Assembly (NCBI GenBank): GCA_964016885.1
Contig: OZ024740.1
Coordinates: forward strand, 246,636,001-246,700,000
Source of the DNA: Eledone cirrhosa
Lineage: Eukaryota
DNA length: 64,000 nucleotides
Direction: 5' to 3'
The notes under the pieces were generated by a model, which saw only the letters and a program-made list of their open reading frames with translations, was not told where the DNA came from and did not search any database. A program made the position numbers and the translations under genes. Every line of letters starts with the position of its first letter. Positions within the stretch are counted from its first letter, which is position 1. Shown here piece by piece: positions 1 through 12,057 of this stretch.

Positions 1-436
1 TCCTGCTGGTTCCATTTCAATAGACGACCTTTGATGAATAAAATACTAGCGAAATATAATGGCCAGATCCTTTTCAAATTCTCTTCTTATAACTGAATAA
101 ACTACCTTGAATTTATAAACAAAAGCTTCAACAACTTTCTTTATTAAAGATGAATTTAGGTGTGGTTGGGAGTGGGTGTGGGGTTAATAAGGTCTTTCGA
201 TAAAAAGGAGATGACAGCTAAGAGAGAAATATGGTTAGTTTTGGAATATTTGTTAATAGAAATGTATATTGTTGTTGTTGGTTTGGAAGGGTTGGGGTGG
301 GGGTCATGCTAGCTCACATATTTACTTCCCTACATATAAACATACATACAGCCCATATACATATTCTAGTTCATACATACCCATATATTTACACATGCAC
401 ATGCACTCACACATATATACTTATATATACATACAT

Positions 437-438
<2 letters not shown>

Positions 439-517
<79 letters not shown>
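439..517. repeat. (CA)n microsatellite; one example of dozens of (TA)n, (CA)n, (CT)n, (TACA)n, (AAT)n and (GGT/AAC)n tracts across the window
   Basis: Direct reading; such tracts explain the HT/YI/VC/MYVC-repeat ORFs in the track. Confidence 0.98.
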
Positions 518-531
<14 letters not shown>

Positions 532-570
532 CTCACATATATACATATATATATACACACATACATACAT

Positions 571-3500
571 GTCCTGGGTATGACATTAAACAGATCCAGT
601 GGCAAGGCTCCAGTTGGGGAGTTCAGGAGCTGTGAGGAATGTAGAGTTACCCCTAGTTGTTATCACTCCCAGGTCTGCTCTGGCCCGGAGTAGTAGTACT
701 TGTTAGGGCTCCATTTATGGGTTAAATAATTACCTATTAGAGTGGCGCCGGTAAGGTATTATCAGCCATTGAAAAGAACCATGGAGAGTCGATTTAGCAG
801 CACTAGGGTTAGAACCCCTAACTACACTGTCAAGGAGCAGTCTGGTTCTTATAACTCTACTGGTTTAGAGCCACAGGAAGGGCCAGTGGATGATGGATCA
901 GCTATCTCTGAGACAAATATAAAGAATGCAGTTTTGTCCTGCAGAAGAGCCATCAAAATGGGCACTCTGAATGTGAGGACTGTTCGGAGGCTGGAAAGAG
1001 AGAATAGTTGGGTCATTTGTTCGAGAAGAGTGGTATGCAGATACTTGCGATCCAAGAACACATGATGCTACACGATGAGCCCGTGAAGAGTGTGATGATT
1101 GGGAAGAGGAGCTAGCTCATCATCGCATCAGCAGTGAGAAACACAACGAATGCTGCAGTAGGAGGATTGGGTTTTGTGTTCAGTGCAAAAACCAATCTAT
1201 TGGTGACGGAAATCATACCTGTCTCCCCGCGAGTGTTGAGGGTGACCTTCAATGGAAAGACTGACAGTCATCTCGGCCTATAGTCCAACCGAGGGAGACA
1301 GTGATGTGAGTGCGGAGGAGTTCCACGAGGAAGTGTGTAAAGCTGTCAACACCACACCAGCTCATAACATCTTGCTTGTTCTGGGGCACATCTGAGTAAG
1401 GAGAGCATTAAAGATCCTTGCTAGTACTCCCATAACAACACCAACCGAAATACTGAAAGACACCCTGCTAGAGGCTAACTTGATGGCAACCAGCCTGAGG
1501 TTTAGGAAGAATCCGAGGAAGATGTGGACCTACATCTCTGATATGCACCTGTCCAAGTCCCAGATTGATTTCATTCTGGTGAGGAAAAAGTGGCGGAATA
1601 GTGTTCTGAACACAGAACCATACAACTATTTCAGTACACCAGGCAGTGACCACTGGCTTGTTATGAGTGAGGTCCGGATGAGCTTAAGAAAGAGCAGGGA
1701 TCAGCCTCGGAGAGCAATCTATGACTAAGGAACTTTCAAGGAAGATGATAAGCTACAGGAGAGGTTGACAGTAGAAATGAGGAACAGGTTCAGTGCTCTG
1801 TGTGGAGAGACAGAGGAGAGAGAGATTGGAGGGACTGAGGAGAGTGTGACGAGGAGGTACGGGTACTTCACCAATGCAGTGGCGGAAACAAGTGAGACCC
1901 TGGTGCCGAGGAGAGAGAACAAAAGGAAGCACGTCAGCTCTGCAGACCCAAAAGTGTGTGCAGCCAGAGAACACCTGAAAGCTGCCAAGGACCAATTCTA
2001 TGCTGATCCTACGGAAGGAGAATATGGAGGTGATGAGGGAAGAACTCTGTACCGCTTACACTGAGGCCAGAGAGGAGGCACTGATAGAGAAGATCAGAAG
2101 TGTAGAGAGAGCGGTTGACAGGTCTAGGTGTAAGGAGAGCTAGATTATCATCAACAAGATCGCAGGGAGGAAGAGTCAGATCCAAGGAACAGGGTCCGAG
2201 GACAGGAAGAGGAAATGGCTGGACCATTTTAGGGCCTTACTAGGAGAGCCGTCTTCCAGAGCCCAGAACACTGGGGAGATCAGGCGGCTGTTTGAGGAAC
2301 TGGATATTTAGACAGGACCCTTCACCAGAGAGGAGCTTCAGAGAGCCAAGAAGATCAAGGAGGGCAACGCTCATGGAGAAGATGGAGTAGCATCAGAGGT
2401 GATGAAGAGGTGTGATTTTGATGATATCATCCTGGGGTTCTGTAACCAAGCACTGGAGAAAGGAATTGCCCCGAATCAGTGGAGGATCAGTAACATCGTC
2501 CCAGTGCCAAAGAAGGGAGATGTCTCTAACACCAACAACTACAGGGGAATCTCAGTGACGTCACTTGTAGCAAAGACCTCCAACAGGATGATTCTTAACA
2601 GGATCCAGTCCGAGATGGAGAAGAATCTCAGCGACAACCAGAACGGCTTCAGAGAGAAGATCAACCACCAGTCACATCCTGGTGCCGAGAAGGTTATTAG
2701 AGGGATATTAGAGGGAGCTAGAGGGAGCTGCGGTCATGGTTTTCATTGACTTTAGGAAGGCCTTTGATTCTGTGGACCGTTACTGCCTGATGAAGATCTT
2801 ACAGGCTTAAGGAATCCCCAAGAAGATAGTGGACTTGATATCACTGCTCTACACCAACAACAAAGCCCAAGTCATTACACCTGATGGTATAACGGAGTTC
2901 TTTGAGATACTGGATGGAGTGCTCCTGGGGGATATATTGGCCCCCTACCTTTTTATCATTTCAGTGCACTATTGTATGCGCCTTGCGCTGGAGAAACACT
3001 AGGACTCTGGCTTTACTATAGCACGGGCTCAGAGCAGCAGAGTTAAGGCGAAAAAGATATCAGATGTTGAATTTGCTGACGACATAGTCTCTGGTGACAA
3101 ACACAGTGAAGGAGGTAGAGGATTTGATGCAGGAGGTGGTGATTGTGTCGGTGAGTGTGGGGCTGAGAATGAATGAGACTAAAACAAAATATCTGGTAGA
3201 GAATGTTGAGAAGCCAGAGGGGATCACTAATGTAGGCTGGAAGCCGCTAGAATTGGTTGAGGGCTTCCTGTATCTGGGAGCAAAGATTGGAAACACAGAG
3301 GATGATGTGGTTGACAGGAAGGGCAAAGCCTGGGTGGCGTGCCACAGTTTGAGATCGGTGTGGAAGTCGGACCTTCGTAAAGACCTGAAGATCCGTCTCT
3401 TCGTTGCTACAGTGGAGTCTGTGCTACTGTACAGTTCTGAGACTTGGACACTGACCAAGAAACTCACTCAGATGGTGGACGGGTGCTACACGAGAATGCT

Positions 3501-3812
3501 GAGGATGGTTCTGAATATTAATCAGTATACACTGAGGATGAAGAACTCAGAGCTGTACAGGGGCCTCCAAAAGTCAGCTCGAAAGTGATACAGAGGAGAC
3601 TGAGGTTAGCTGGACATGCTCACCGACATCCAGAGTTGACACTACACTCAGTGCCCCCATAGGAGCCCCTGCATGGACACACCAGAGGTTGACATATGTT
3701 GGTGTCCTAAGGACAGACACTGGTCTGTTGGAGACGCAGGACATGGCAGCGATGGTGAGGGACAGAGACCGCTGGAGAGAATTCGTCCATGGTTCTCGGG
3801 AATTTTACCCGC
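571..3812 (+). mobile_element. Near full-length, frameshifted RTE-clade LINE (AP endonuclease + reverse transcriptase)
   Basis: APE motifs MGTLNVRT, IQEH, SQIDFILV, GSDH; RT motifs IVPVPKKGD..NYRGIS, DNQNGFR, FIDFRKAFDSV, EFADD; C-terminal ATVESVLLYSSETWTLT; multiple stops and frameshifts; 5' boundary approximate. Confidence 0.92.
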
Positions 3813-4061
3813 TATAGACACATGCATACAGATAACTGTAGACCTACAGACATGCATTCACATGTACACACATATGTATACATATCTACTCAAGTATTTA
3901 GGTTCATATATACATTGGGGTGGGGAAGGGGGAATTAGTGAAATGGTAGTGTACCACCGAGGGTTGTCCTCTTCAACGATCGAATGTTTTGAAAGTGTGG
4001 GTGTCATCCACTTCTATTTGGATATTTTTTCTCTTATTTCAATATGCGAGTTTTTAAAAAT

Positions 4062-4152
<91 letters not shown>

Positions 4153-4154
4153 GA

Positions 4155-4212
<58 letters not shown>

Positions 4213-4218
4213 ACGTAA

Positions 4219-4836
4219 AATAAGAAAATTTCTTAAAAATAAATTTTTTAAAAAAAATTAACTCTATTACTTAAATTTTCACTCCAACTAATTAGTTTCT
4301 GCAATGGGATAAAGACAGTTACGTAATGAACTGTTGAGAATTTCATTGCGTCATCAGGGAGGTCATTCTCAGCCGAGTCTCCAGGCGATGCGCGGACACT
4401 GGGGACTCATATAAAAATAATAATAATTCGGCAACTGGAACAGCTATCGAGGACTGGATTCCAGCCACTGAAAATTCTCACTGCCACTGATCATATGGCC
4501 GATTCTAAAGAATCAATCACGTGACACAGAGGCTAGTCAGTAGGAATGGGATGGTAAGATGACAGACGCCTACTAACACCCCCCCCCCCCAAAAAAGAAA
4601 TTTAGAAGTGGTTTTGGCAGGTTTGCTCGACAAATCAGTGATTTGGAGATAAATATAGATAATTTAATATATCTACTAACATAAGCGCACAGATGTACGC
4701 TAATTTCAGATATACGAAAATTTCTTTAAAAAAAAAAAAAAAAAAAAAAATTAACTTACTTAAATTTTCACTCCAACTAATTAGTTTCTGCAATGGGATA
4801 AAGACAGTTACGTAATGAACTGTTGAGAATTTCATT
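4219..4836 (-). mobile_element. Non-coding HHR element with ~120-bp terminal direct repeats (retrozyme / PLE pseudo-LTR-like), flanked by (TA)n
   Basis: 4219-4346 is repeated at 4715-4836 (period 489); the right repeat carries only the 3' half of the HHR. Confidence 0.75.
4282..4361 (-). ncRNA. Type I hammerhead ribozyme, palindromic stem III
   Basis: Minus strand: ctcc-CTGATGA-cgcaatg...cattgca-GAAA-ctaattag-TT-ggag. Confidence 0.8.
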
Positions 4837-4938
4837 ATATATATATATATATTAATATATATATATATTAATATATATATATATTATATATATATATTAA
4901 TATATATATTAATATATATATATATTATATATATATTA

Positions 4939-4971
<33 letters not shown>

Positions 4972-5098
4972 TAATATATATATAATATATTAATATATAG
5001 AAATTGCTTCTACATGGCTAGAACTGTTTTATTCGTATGAAATCATCAGGAATACCCTCGACTAACGTATTGAGTACCTTTTTTAACTGTATATATTA

Positions 5099-5417
5099 TC
5101 TATATATCTAAAACAGAGAATGTCTGTCTGTCTCTCTGTTCGCTTCCCAAAACTCGAGAATCACTCAACCGATTATTTTCAAACGTTACACATGTAATAC
5201 TTATGGTCCTGTGGGTGTTTTGAGCAAAACAGATTTCAAATTTTCAATGCCCTAGGGACCGCATTAGGCGATTTAGCGATCTCTCTCTATAATTCTTAGT
5301 CTTTCTTTTTAGATAGATACATAGATATACCGTTGCGCCCTTATAATATCTGTCTGTATGTCTGGCTGTCTGCATTACGTCATTATGACGCTGTGTGTGT
5401 GTATATATGTATATATA

Positions 5418-5469
<52 letters not shown>

Positions 5470-5749
5470 TGTAACGTTTTCGAAATATTTACCTCTGCGT
5501 TCACAGATAGATATTTTTAGTTTCAGAAGATCCCGTTAAGGGTGAAAGCAGCGATTCTTTGTTTAAACTTTAATCTATTATTTTAATATATATATATATA
5601 ATTATATATACGCGTACAGATATTTTGGCATACACAATAACAATTATAAACAAACGTATTTATTTCACGAGGCTTGATAAGGATAAATATATATCAAATA
5701 TATAAGAACCCTAGAGCAAATCCCGAGCAACGCCGGGCCATTCCGCTAG
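5099..5749 (+). mobile_element. Non-autonomous Helitron
   Basis: 5' TC after an A; (CTGT)n near the 5' end; 3' hairpin cccgagcaacgccggg followed by CTAG and then T. Confidence 0.7.
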
Positions 5750-6372
5750 TATATACTATTCATAAGATTTGCTAAAAGAGAAAGACAACAATTGTTTAAC
5801 ATACGGCAATGATTAACATACTCATACGGTATTACGCCGGCTGACTTAAGAAATGTCGAATTGAAAATATTTGAAAATTGTAATGGAAGTTGTTACAGCC
5901 GGTTGTTTAAACAAATATTTATACAAAACACGCCCATACATACATACATACATAAATACATACATACATACATACATACATACATACACACACACATACA
6001 TACATACATACATACATACATACATACATACATACATACATACATACACACATACATACATACATACATATATACAAGGGCCTTGTATCAGGGGGGTACC
6101 GGGATACCCCCCCCCCCCACCGCACACACGCACACACACTTTTTCAAACGTCTATATTTTATTTTTTGTTTATTTGATATAATGAATTCTTTTTAAGCTT
6201 ATTTTCTTTATATCTGAACTTCATTTGAATATATAAAATTTAATTAGTGTAAAATTTTACTTATGTAATAGGGTCTGGTAAAGGCACCAGAAGTAATTTA
6301 TGCTCCTTTAAGAATCAACAAATGTTGCTTTGTCCCCCTTTCATTTTTAAGGCAAACGAGGCCCCTGCATAC

Positions 6373-6403
<31 letters not shown>

Positions 6404-7224
6404 CACACATACATACATTCATGATGGCTGCCCCCTCGTTATCGAGTATGGCCATTGCACAATATACCATTATTTATAATTATTAATTAATTCTATCGTA
6501 CAATGCCTGTGCGTGAAGATTTTTTCCAGTGAGGAAATACTGTGCACTGAGCCAATCCTACTCTCTGAGCGACAGTAGCTATAACCCGAAAAGAAAAGAT
6601 CAACATCATCGGTAACTACTGAGCCGCAGGTTTTATGTCGGAGCTAACCCAGTTTCCTGAGTTGCCTTCTCTGACAAAGGCTAGGGGTCCTTCACTCCCA
6701 GTGGTATATATTCATACATATATATACATATATACATGCATGCATACATGCATACATGCATACATACATAAAAGAGAGAGAGAGAGACACACATACACAA
6801 AAAAACGGACATAATATAAAAGTTGTACAAAAGACAAGCACCCGCATTAACACACTTCCACACACACGCACATTACCATACAAATCCACGCACACACACA
6901 CGTACATTACCATATACACACACATACACCCACCCATACAAATACACCCACCCATACATAACTGGGCAGATATTATTAAGCAAAGCGCCTCTATTGTTTT
7001 AATCAGTTTGTAAGTCATACATAAGCGGTGCAGTGCTACGATTGTTCCGTCAGTAAATATATACAACAGACCAGACCAAATATCATTTTCCCACTCGCTC
7101 ACCGGTTTCCATCCGTCTCTGAGGAGCTTCCGGTTGGACAACAATAATAGGCGAAGACTGGGTGGTTAGCATAATAAAGACGTGTGGGGTGCTAATGATA
7201 TATAGTCAAATATTTCAGATATTT

Positions 7225-7990
7225 AGTTAGCAGTAACAGCAGCAGTAGAAGTAGTAGCAATGGTGATTGTGATGGTAGTGGTGGTAGTTGTAGTAGTAGT
7301 AGTCGTAGTGGTCTTGGTGGTGGCTGTTGTGGTGAGGGTAGTATCAATAATAGTAGCGATGGTGGTGGTAGTAGTAGTGGCAGTGGAAGTAGAAGTAGTA
7401 GCAATAGTAGTCGGTGACGTAGTGCACTTCATGGGGAAATTTTTAGCTCACTAATAATATAGTCTTGCTTTTGTATGTTGTAGATCGTAATAACATAGCT
7501 AGACATTTAGCGGTAGTGGTGGTGATGGCGATTGTGGGGGAGGGCTGATGGTCGTGGCGGCGGCGGCGATGGGTGGTTGGTTGTGCGGAGGGCTGGTGGT
7601 GATGGTGGTGGTGGTGGTGTCGGTGGTGGTGTCGGTGTTGGTTGTGCGGAGGGTTGGTGGTGATGGTTGTGGTGGTGATGGTACTAATAGTGGTAGTAGC
7701 GGTGATTGGAGTTATGGCATTAGTAGTGATTGGTGTTATGGTGGTAGCGATGATTGGTGTTATGGTGGTAGTGCTGATTATAGTTATGGTGGGGGTGGTA
7801 GGGATTTTAGTTATGGAGTTGGTTGCAATGGAGATTAGAGGTATGTATGGAAATGGTGGTTGTGATTGGAGTTATTGTAGTAATTGGTATTGGAAATGAT
7901 TGTATTTATGGTGGTGATGATTGTAACTATGGTGTTATTACTGGTGACTGGAGTTAGGGTAGTAGAAGTGGTAGTAATGATGGTTACAAA
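7225..7990. repeat. Degenerate (GGT/AGT/GAT)n low-complexity tract
   Basis: Direct reading; source of the poly-V/T/G ORFs. Confidence 0.9.
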
Positions 7991-8399
7991 GGTGTAGCAA
8001 GCGTTCAGACCAAGGTCTGCTCCACCATTTTGCACATCGACGTTTTCCCTGCAGACGTCTATCAGCAGATCATTCACAAAATCTATCTCACCATTCTGGG
8101 ACACCAACTTCGACCATTTTCACCAGCTTATTTAAAACACGTCCACATACTGGAAAGTATGAATTCGAGGCCCAGCGGTGGCGCTGTCCACATTTTTCCC
8201 GTTGCTTTGTTTGACTATGAAAATAGTAAAAAAAAAAAAAATAAATAAAAAAAAGTGTGCGTTGTAGGTACGGTAGTCTTTAAATTTACTCTAACGTTTA
8301 TTGATTTTCGGCACTTCTAAAAATAGATTGCTTATTTAAAGTATTTCTTCAATCATATCATTTAAATAAGATGGGTAGTGGAAGAAACGGAGTATTGGA

Positions 8400-8585
8400 C
8401 TGAAGGTCCAGGGCCTATGGATAACTTCCAGAGGTCTCTGGCCTGGCGGTGCTACCGAGGGGCTCTACCAGTTCGAGACAAAATCTACAGGCACGGACGC
8501 CCTGGCAGAGATCCTGCCAAAAGGACCTGTCCAAGATGCGAGCAGGACATGGAAACCGTTCTGCACGCAATTATTCAGTGCCCGA
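8400..8585 (+). mobile_element. L1/Tx1-like LINE C-terminal fragment (zinc-binding CCHC region)
   Basis: SLAWRCYRGALPVRDKIYRHG...CPRCEQDMETVLHAIIQCP. Confidence 0.75.
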
Positions 8586-8861
8586 GCAGTGAAGTGTTAA
8601 ATCAACATATGTTGATTTAACACTTCACTGCTCGCAAGTGTTTTTTAAGCTTCATATCATGTCTCCCTATTTTATCTGATGAGAACGCAAATATCATCCC
8701 ATGATGATATTTGTCTTTGAAATGCGCATAATAAAATACATGGAACTATTTTAACCATCTTTTGATTTTATATTATTTATACTCCAGTCCTATAAACTGT
8801 TGAGTGGTACTTATCCGATATTTGCATTGCTTTATTGTGCTACAATAAAACTCACCTCCTA
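8583..8861 (+). mobile_element. HHR element family B (stem III ATGCGCAT) starting with a 52-bp perfect palindrome
   Basis: Palindrome 8583-8634; body homologous to 9847-10530, 20326-20715 and 60383-60640. Confidence 0.8.
8668..8738 (+). ncRNA. Type I hammerhead ribozyme (family B)
   Basis: tattttat-CTGATGA-gaacgcaaatatcatc..gatgatatttgtcttt-GAAA-tgcgca-TA-ataaaata. Confidence 0.88.
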
Positions 8862-8874
8862 CACACACACACAC

Positions 8875-8915
<41 letters not shown>

Positions 8916-8967
8916 TTAAAATGGTGCAATTAGCAAATGATCGATAAAAACTGGATAGACAGGTTTT

Positions 8968-9026
<59 letters not shown>

Positions 9027-9214
9027 TGATCAACAACCATAATAATACGCACACACACACAAACAAGTGAATTCCATTAAGTTCAAGTGAGTTCTGATTG
9101 TTGGTACCTACCTAGGTCACAGTGACTCAACATTATATATGCATATGTATATATGTATATATATGTATATATATGTATATATGTATATATGTATATATGT
9201 TTTCATGTATGTAT

Positions 9215-9325
<111 letters not shown>

Positions 9326-9511
9326 CGTTGCTTCACCATCTTTGTTTGTTTACACTCTCGTGTCCCCTTTATTTACGTGTCCAAACGACTCTTTTTAGCC
9401 GTTGCTCGCACCAACCGGAGGTATATGGTCTTTAAAGCGATGAAATACCAATGATGGTTGGAAGATCACTGATGAAGGACTAACTTTATTCATATATATA
9501 TATATATATAT

Positions 9512-9694
9512 AATTGTTTCTACTTTTGGCACAAGGCCAGCAATTACTCAGTGCATTACTGGTACTTTATTTTATCGACCCCGTAAGGATGAAAGGCAAA
9601 GTTAACCTCGGCGGGATTTGAACTCAGACCATAAAGGGACGTAACTATGCTGGAAAGCATGGCGTCCGACTCTCTACTGATACTGCCAATCCAC
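9512..9694 (-). mobile_element. tRNA-derived SINE (octopus OK-like)
   Basis: Minus strand A-box-like tggcagtatcag and B box gagttcaaatccc; many near-identical copies in the window. Confidence 0.85.
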
Positions 9695-9703
9695 CATATA
9701 ATG

Positions 9704-9793
<90 letters not shown>

Positions 9794-9972
9794 GGTTTCT
9801 ACAGGACTAGAACTGTTTCATGATATATATATATATATATATATACGTAGGAGGTGAGTTTTATTGTAGTACAATAAAGCAATGCAGATATCGGATAAGA
9901 AGCACTCTACAGTTTGTAGGACTGGAGTATACATAATATATAAGATCAAAAGATGGTTAAATGAGTTCCATG

Positions 9973-10043
9973 TATTTTATTATGCGCATTTCAAAAACAA
10001 ATATCATCATGCAATAACATTTGTGTTTTCATCAGATAAAATA
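9973..10043 (-). ncRNA. Type I hammerhead ribozyme (family B)
   Basis: Minus: tattttat-CTGATGA-aaacacaaatgtt...atatttgttttt-GAAA-tgcgca-TA-ataaaata. Confidence 0.88.
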
Positions 10044-10417
10044 GGAGGACATGATATGAAGGTTAAAAAACACTTGTGGATAGTTCAGTTTTAAATCAAC
10101 ATATGAAAAGAAGTTTTAGATTGATGTGTGATATTGGGAAAAAATTTCAACCTCTCTATGTAAAACAATATATTTTTCTCAGTTATAAAAGCTATCTCTC
10201 TCTCTATCACCCATCTCTCCTTCTATCTCATCCTTCCTCACTATACTCCTCCCCCTCCACTTTTTACTCTCATCTCCTCCTCTTTTTCACCCCCCCCTCA
10301 CCCCCCCCCCTCAAAATTTTTTCCCAATATCACACATCAATCTAAAACTACTTTTCATATGTTGATTTAAAACTGAACTATCCACATATGTTTTTTAACC
10401 TTCATATCATATCCTCC

Positions 10418-10488
10418 TATTTTATCTGATGAAAACACAAATGTTATTGCATGATGATATTTGTTTTTGAAATGCGCATAATAAAATA
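10418..10488 (+). ncRNA. Type I hammerhead ribozyme (family B)
   Basis: tattttat-CTGATGA-aaacacaaatgtt...atatttgttttt-GAAA-tgcgca-TA-ataaaata. Confidence 0.88.
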
Positions 10489-10693
10489 CATGGAACTCAT
10501 TTAACCATCTTTTGATCTTATATATTATATATATATATATATACATATATATACATATATATACATGTATTTGAATTTCTTATTTCTAAATAAATACGGT
10601 ATGTTTATAAATAAAGATTTAGATAGCCATAGCTATGCAAAAATACCGGCAGCTATCGCCAACTGGCAGTGTCCAGCAAAAGCAAGGGGGACA

Positions 10694-10737
10694 ATCGTCG
10701 ATGCATTTCGAACTGAACTGGTTCTCATCAGGACGAT
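10694..10737 (-). ncRNA. Minimal type I hammerhead ribozyme
   Basis: Minus: atcgtc-CTGATGA-gaac cagttca gttc-GAAA-tgca-TC-gacgat; perfect stems I and II, palindromic ATGCAT stem III. Confidence 0.92.
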
Positions 10738-10857
10738 CGCTCCCGCTCATGCAACTGCTGAACTTGAAAACAGGCGAGAATATGTAGTTTTCTCGTCTGT
10801 GTAAATGAGGTGATTAATCTCATTTGCATATGAATCTGCTAAATTGGTTCAACTTAT

Positions 10858-11040
10858 AATTGTTTCTACTTTAGGCACAAGGCCAGCAATTACCCAGTGC
10901 ATTACAGGTACTTTATTTTATCGACCCCGTAAGGATGAAAGGCAAAGTCAACCTCGGCGGGATTTGAACTCAGATCGTAAAGGGACGTAACTATGCTGGA
11001 AAACATGGCGTCCGACCCTCTACCGATACTGCCAATCCAC
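10858..11040 (-). mobile_element. tRNA-derived SINE (OK-like)
   Basis: Homologous to 9512-9694. Confidence 0.85.
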
Positions 11041-11096
11041 AATAGCATAGAATTAGAGTTTAGCTTCGAGCACAATTCCAATACGTATCTGCATAC

Positions 11097-11192
11097 AGCT
11101 ATCGATGTGGTGGACATTGGCAGCTTTGATCCCTATCAACAGTCCTGTTGGCCCACACGTGGACACAACATCTGATACAAGCCAAGCACTGT
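11097..11192 (-). CDS. Candidate internal exon of an unidentified host gene (96 nt, phase 1-1; SAWLVSDVVSTCGPTGLLIGIKAANVHHIDS)
   Basis: Pyrimidine-rich acceptor gttttgtctctcgtattttactccactag, open frame, donor gtatgc (alternative gtattg 12 nt further); non-repetitive sequence. Confidence 0.35.
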
Positions 11193-11377
11193 CTAGTGGA
11201 GTAAAATACGAGAGACAAAACATCCATTTATTGCAATTAAGCTACAACAAGTACACAAAGATTTTATGTGACGTCAAGGAAAAAGTGTGGTGCCTCTTAT
11301 AGCACGAGAGTCATGAATGATACAAAGTAAAAAGAAAAAAAGAAATGAAGAAAAAGGAAGAGGAAAGTCAGATATCG

Positions 11378-11456
11378 AATTAAAAAATGTGTAAGCCATT
11401 GCAACATATGGGAGGTGAAGGGATAATAGCTTGGTTATATTACACACACACACTCA

Positions 11457-11510
<54 letters not shown>

Positions 11511-11589
11511 TGAGTGTGTGCATGTAATATAACCAAGGTATTATCCCTTCACCTCCCATATGTTGCAATGGCTTACACATTTTTTAATT
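11378..11589. repeat. Inverted repeat (~80-bp arms) centred on a (TA)n tract
   Basis: aattaaaaaatgtgtaagccattgc...ctcaccta / taggtgag...gcaatggcttacacattttttaatt. Confidence 0.9.
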
Positions 11590-11670
11590 ATATGTATATA
11601 TACATATGTCCCAAGGCTCTGATACCATCAACACTATACACACAGAGCTGGCATATCTAAGAACTGATTA

Positions 11671-11726
11671 ACTGCCTGATGAGGTCATAGCCATTCAATG
11701 GCTATCATCGAAATATATATAGTAGT
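11671..11726 (+). ncRNA. Type I hammerhead ribozyme (homolog of 59300-59354)
   Basis: actgc-CTGATGA-ggtcatagccat tca atggctatcatc-GAAA-tatata-TA-gtagt, followed by aaataaa. Confidence 0.88.
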
Positions 11727-12057
11727 AAATAAAGGATTATGAGTTCATGCAATTGACTTATGTTTCGTCACTATATATATATACATATATATATATAATT
11801 ATATTAATTACTGTATATCATGAAACAGTAAACGCTATAACCGGTTTTCTACGTAACGTTATTCATGAGATTTTACTGTAACTAAATGATATCTAATCTT
11901 TGATTTTATCGTAGAATGCTATGAAAGACCGCTGGTGTTTTTATGTATTAAATTTTAAAATGTAAGAAGCCTAGACATATACACGTCACTTGGTACGAGC
12001 ATGTTTTGCAGAATATTATTCCTAAACATTTAAGTGTGGTTTATATTTGTTAATTAG

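Larger units (their letters stand above)
9847..10530. mobile_element. Family B fold-back element: ~215-bp inverted arms around a ~165-bp pyrimidine-rich spacer, between (TA)n tracts
   Basis: About 9930-10148 is the reverse complement of about 10315-10530. Confidence 0.85.

Noticed and set aside
231-635. ORFs rich in HT/YI/VC/MYVC or poly-V/T/N here and throughout the track
   Set aside because: They are translations of microsatellites and low-complexity tracts, not genes
571-740. Possible self-cleaving (HDV-like) ribozyme in the RTE 5' UTR
   Set aside because: Such ribozymes are known for some RTE elements, but I could not build the nested double pseudoknot by eye
9437-9490. CTGATGA motif (homolog at 20812-20860, minus)
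   Set aside because: The repeat is real, but no downstream GAAA/stem III is present in either copy; at most a truncated half ribozyme
9512-9694. tRNA gene
   Set aside because: A and B boxes belong to a SINE head; no full cloverleaf
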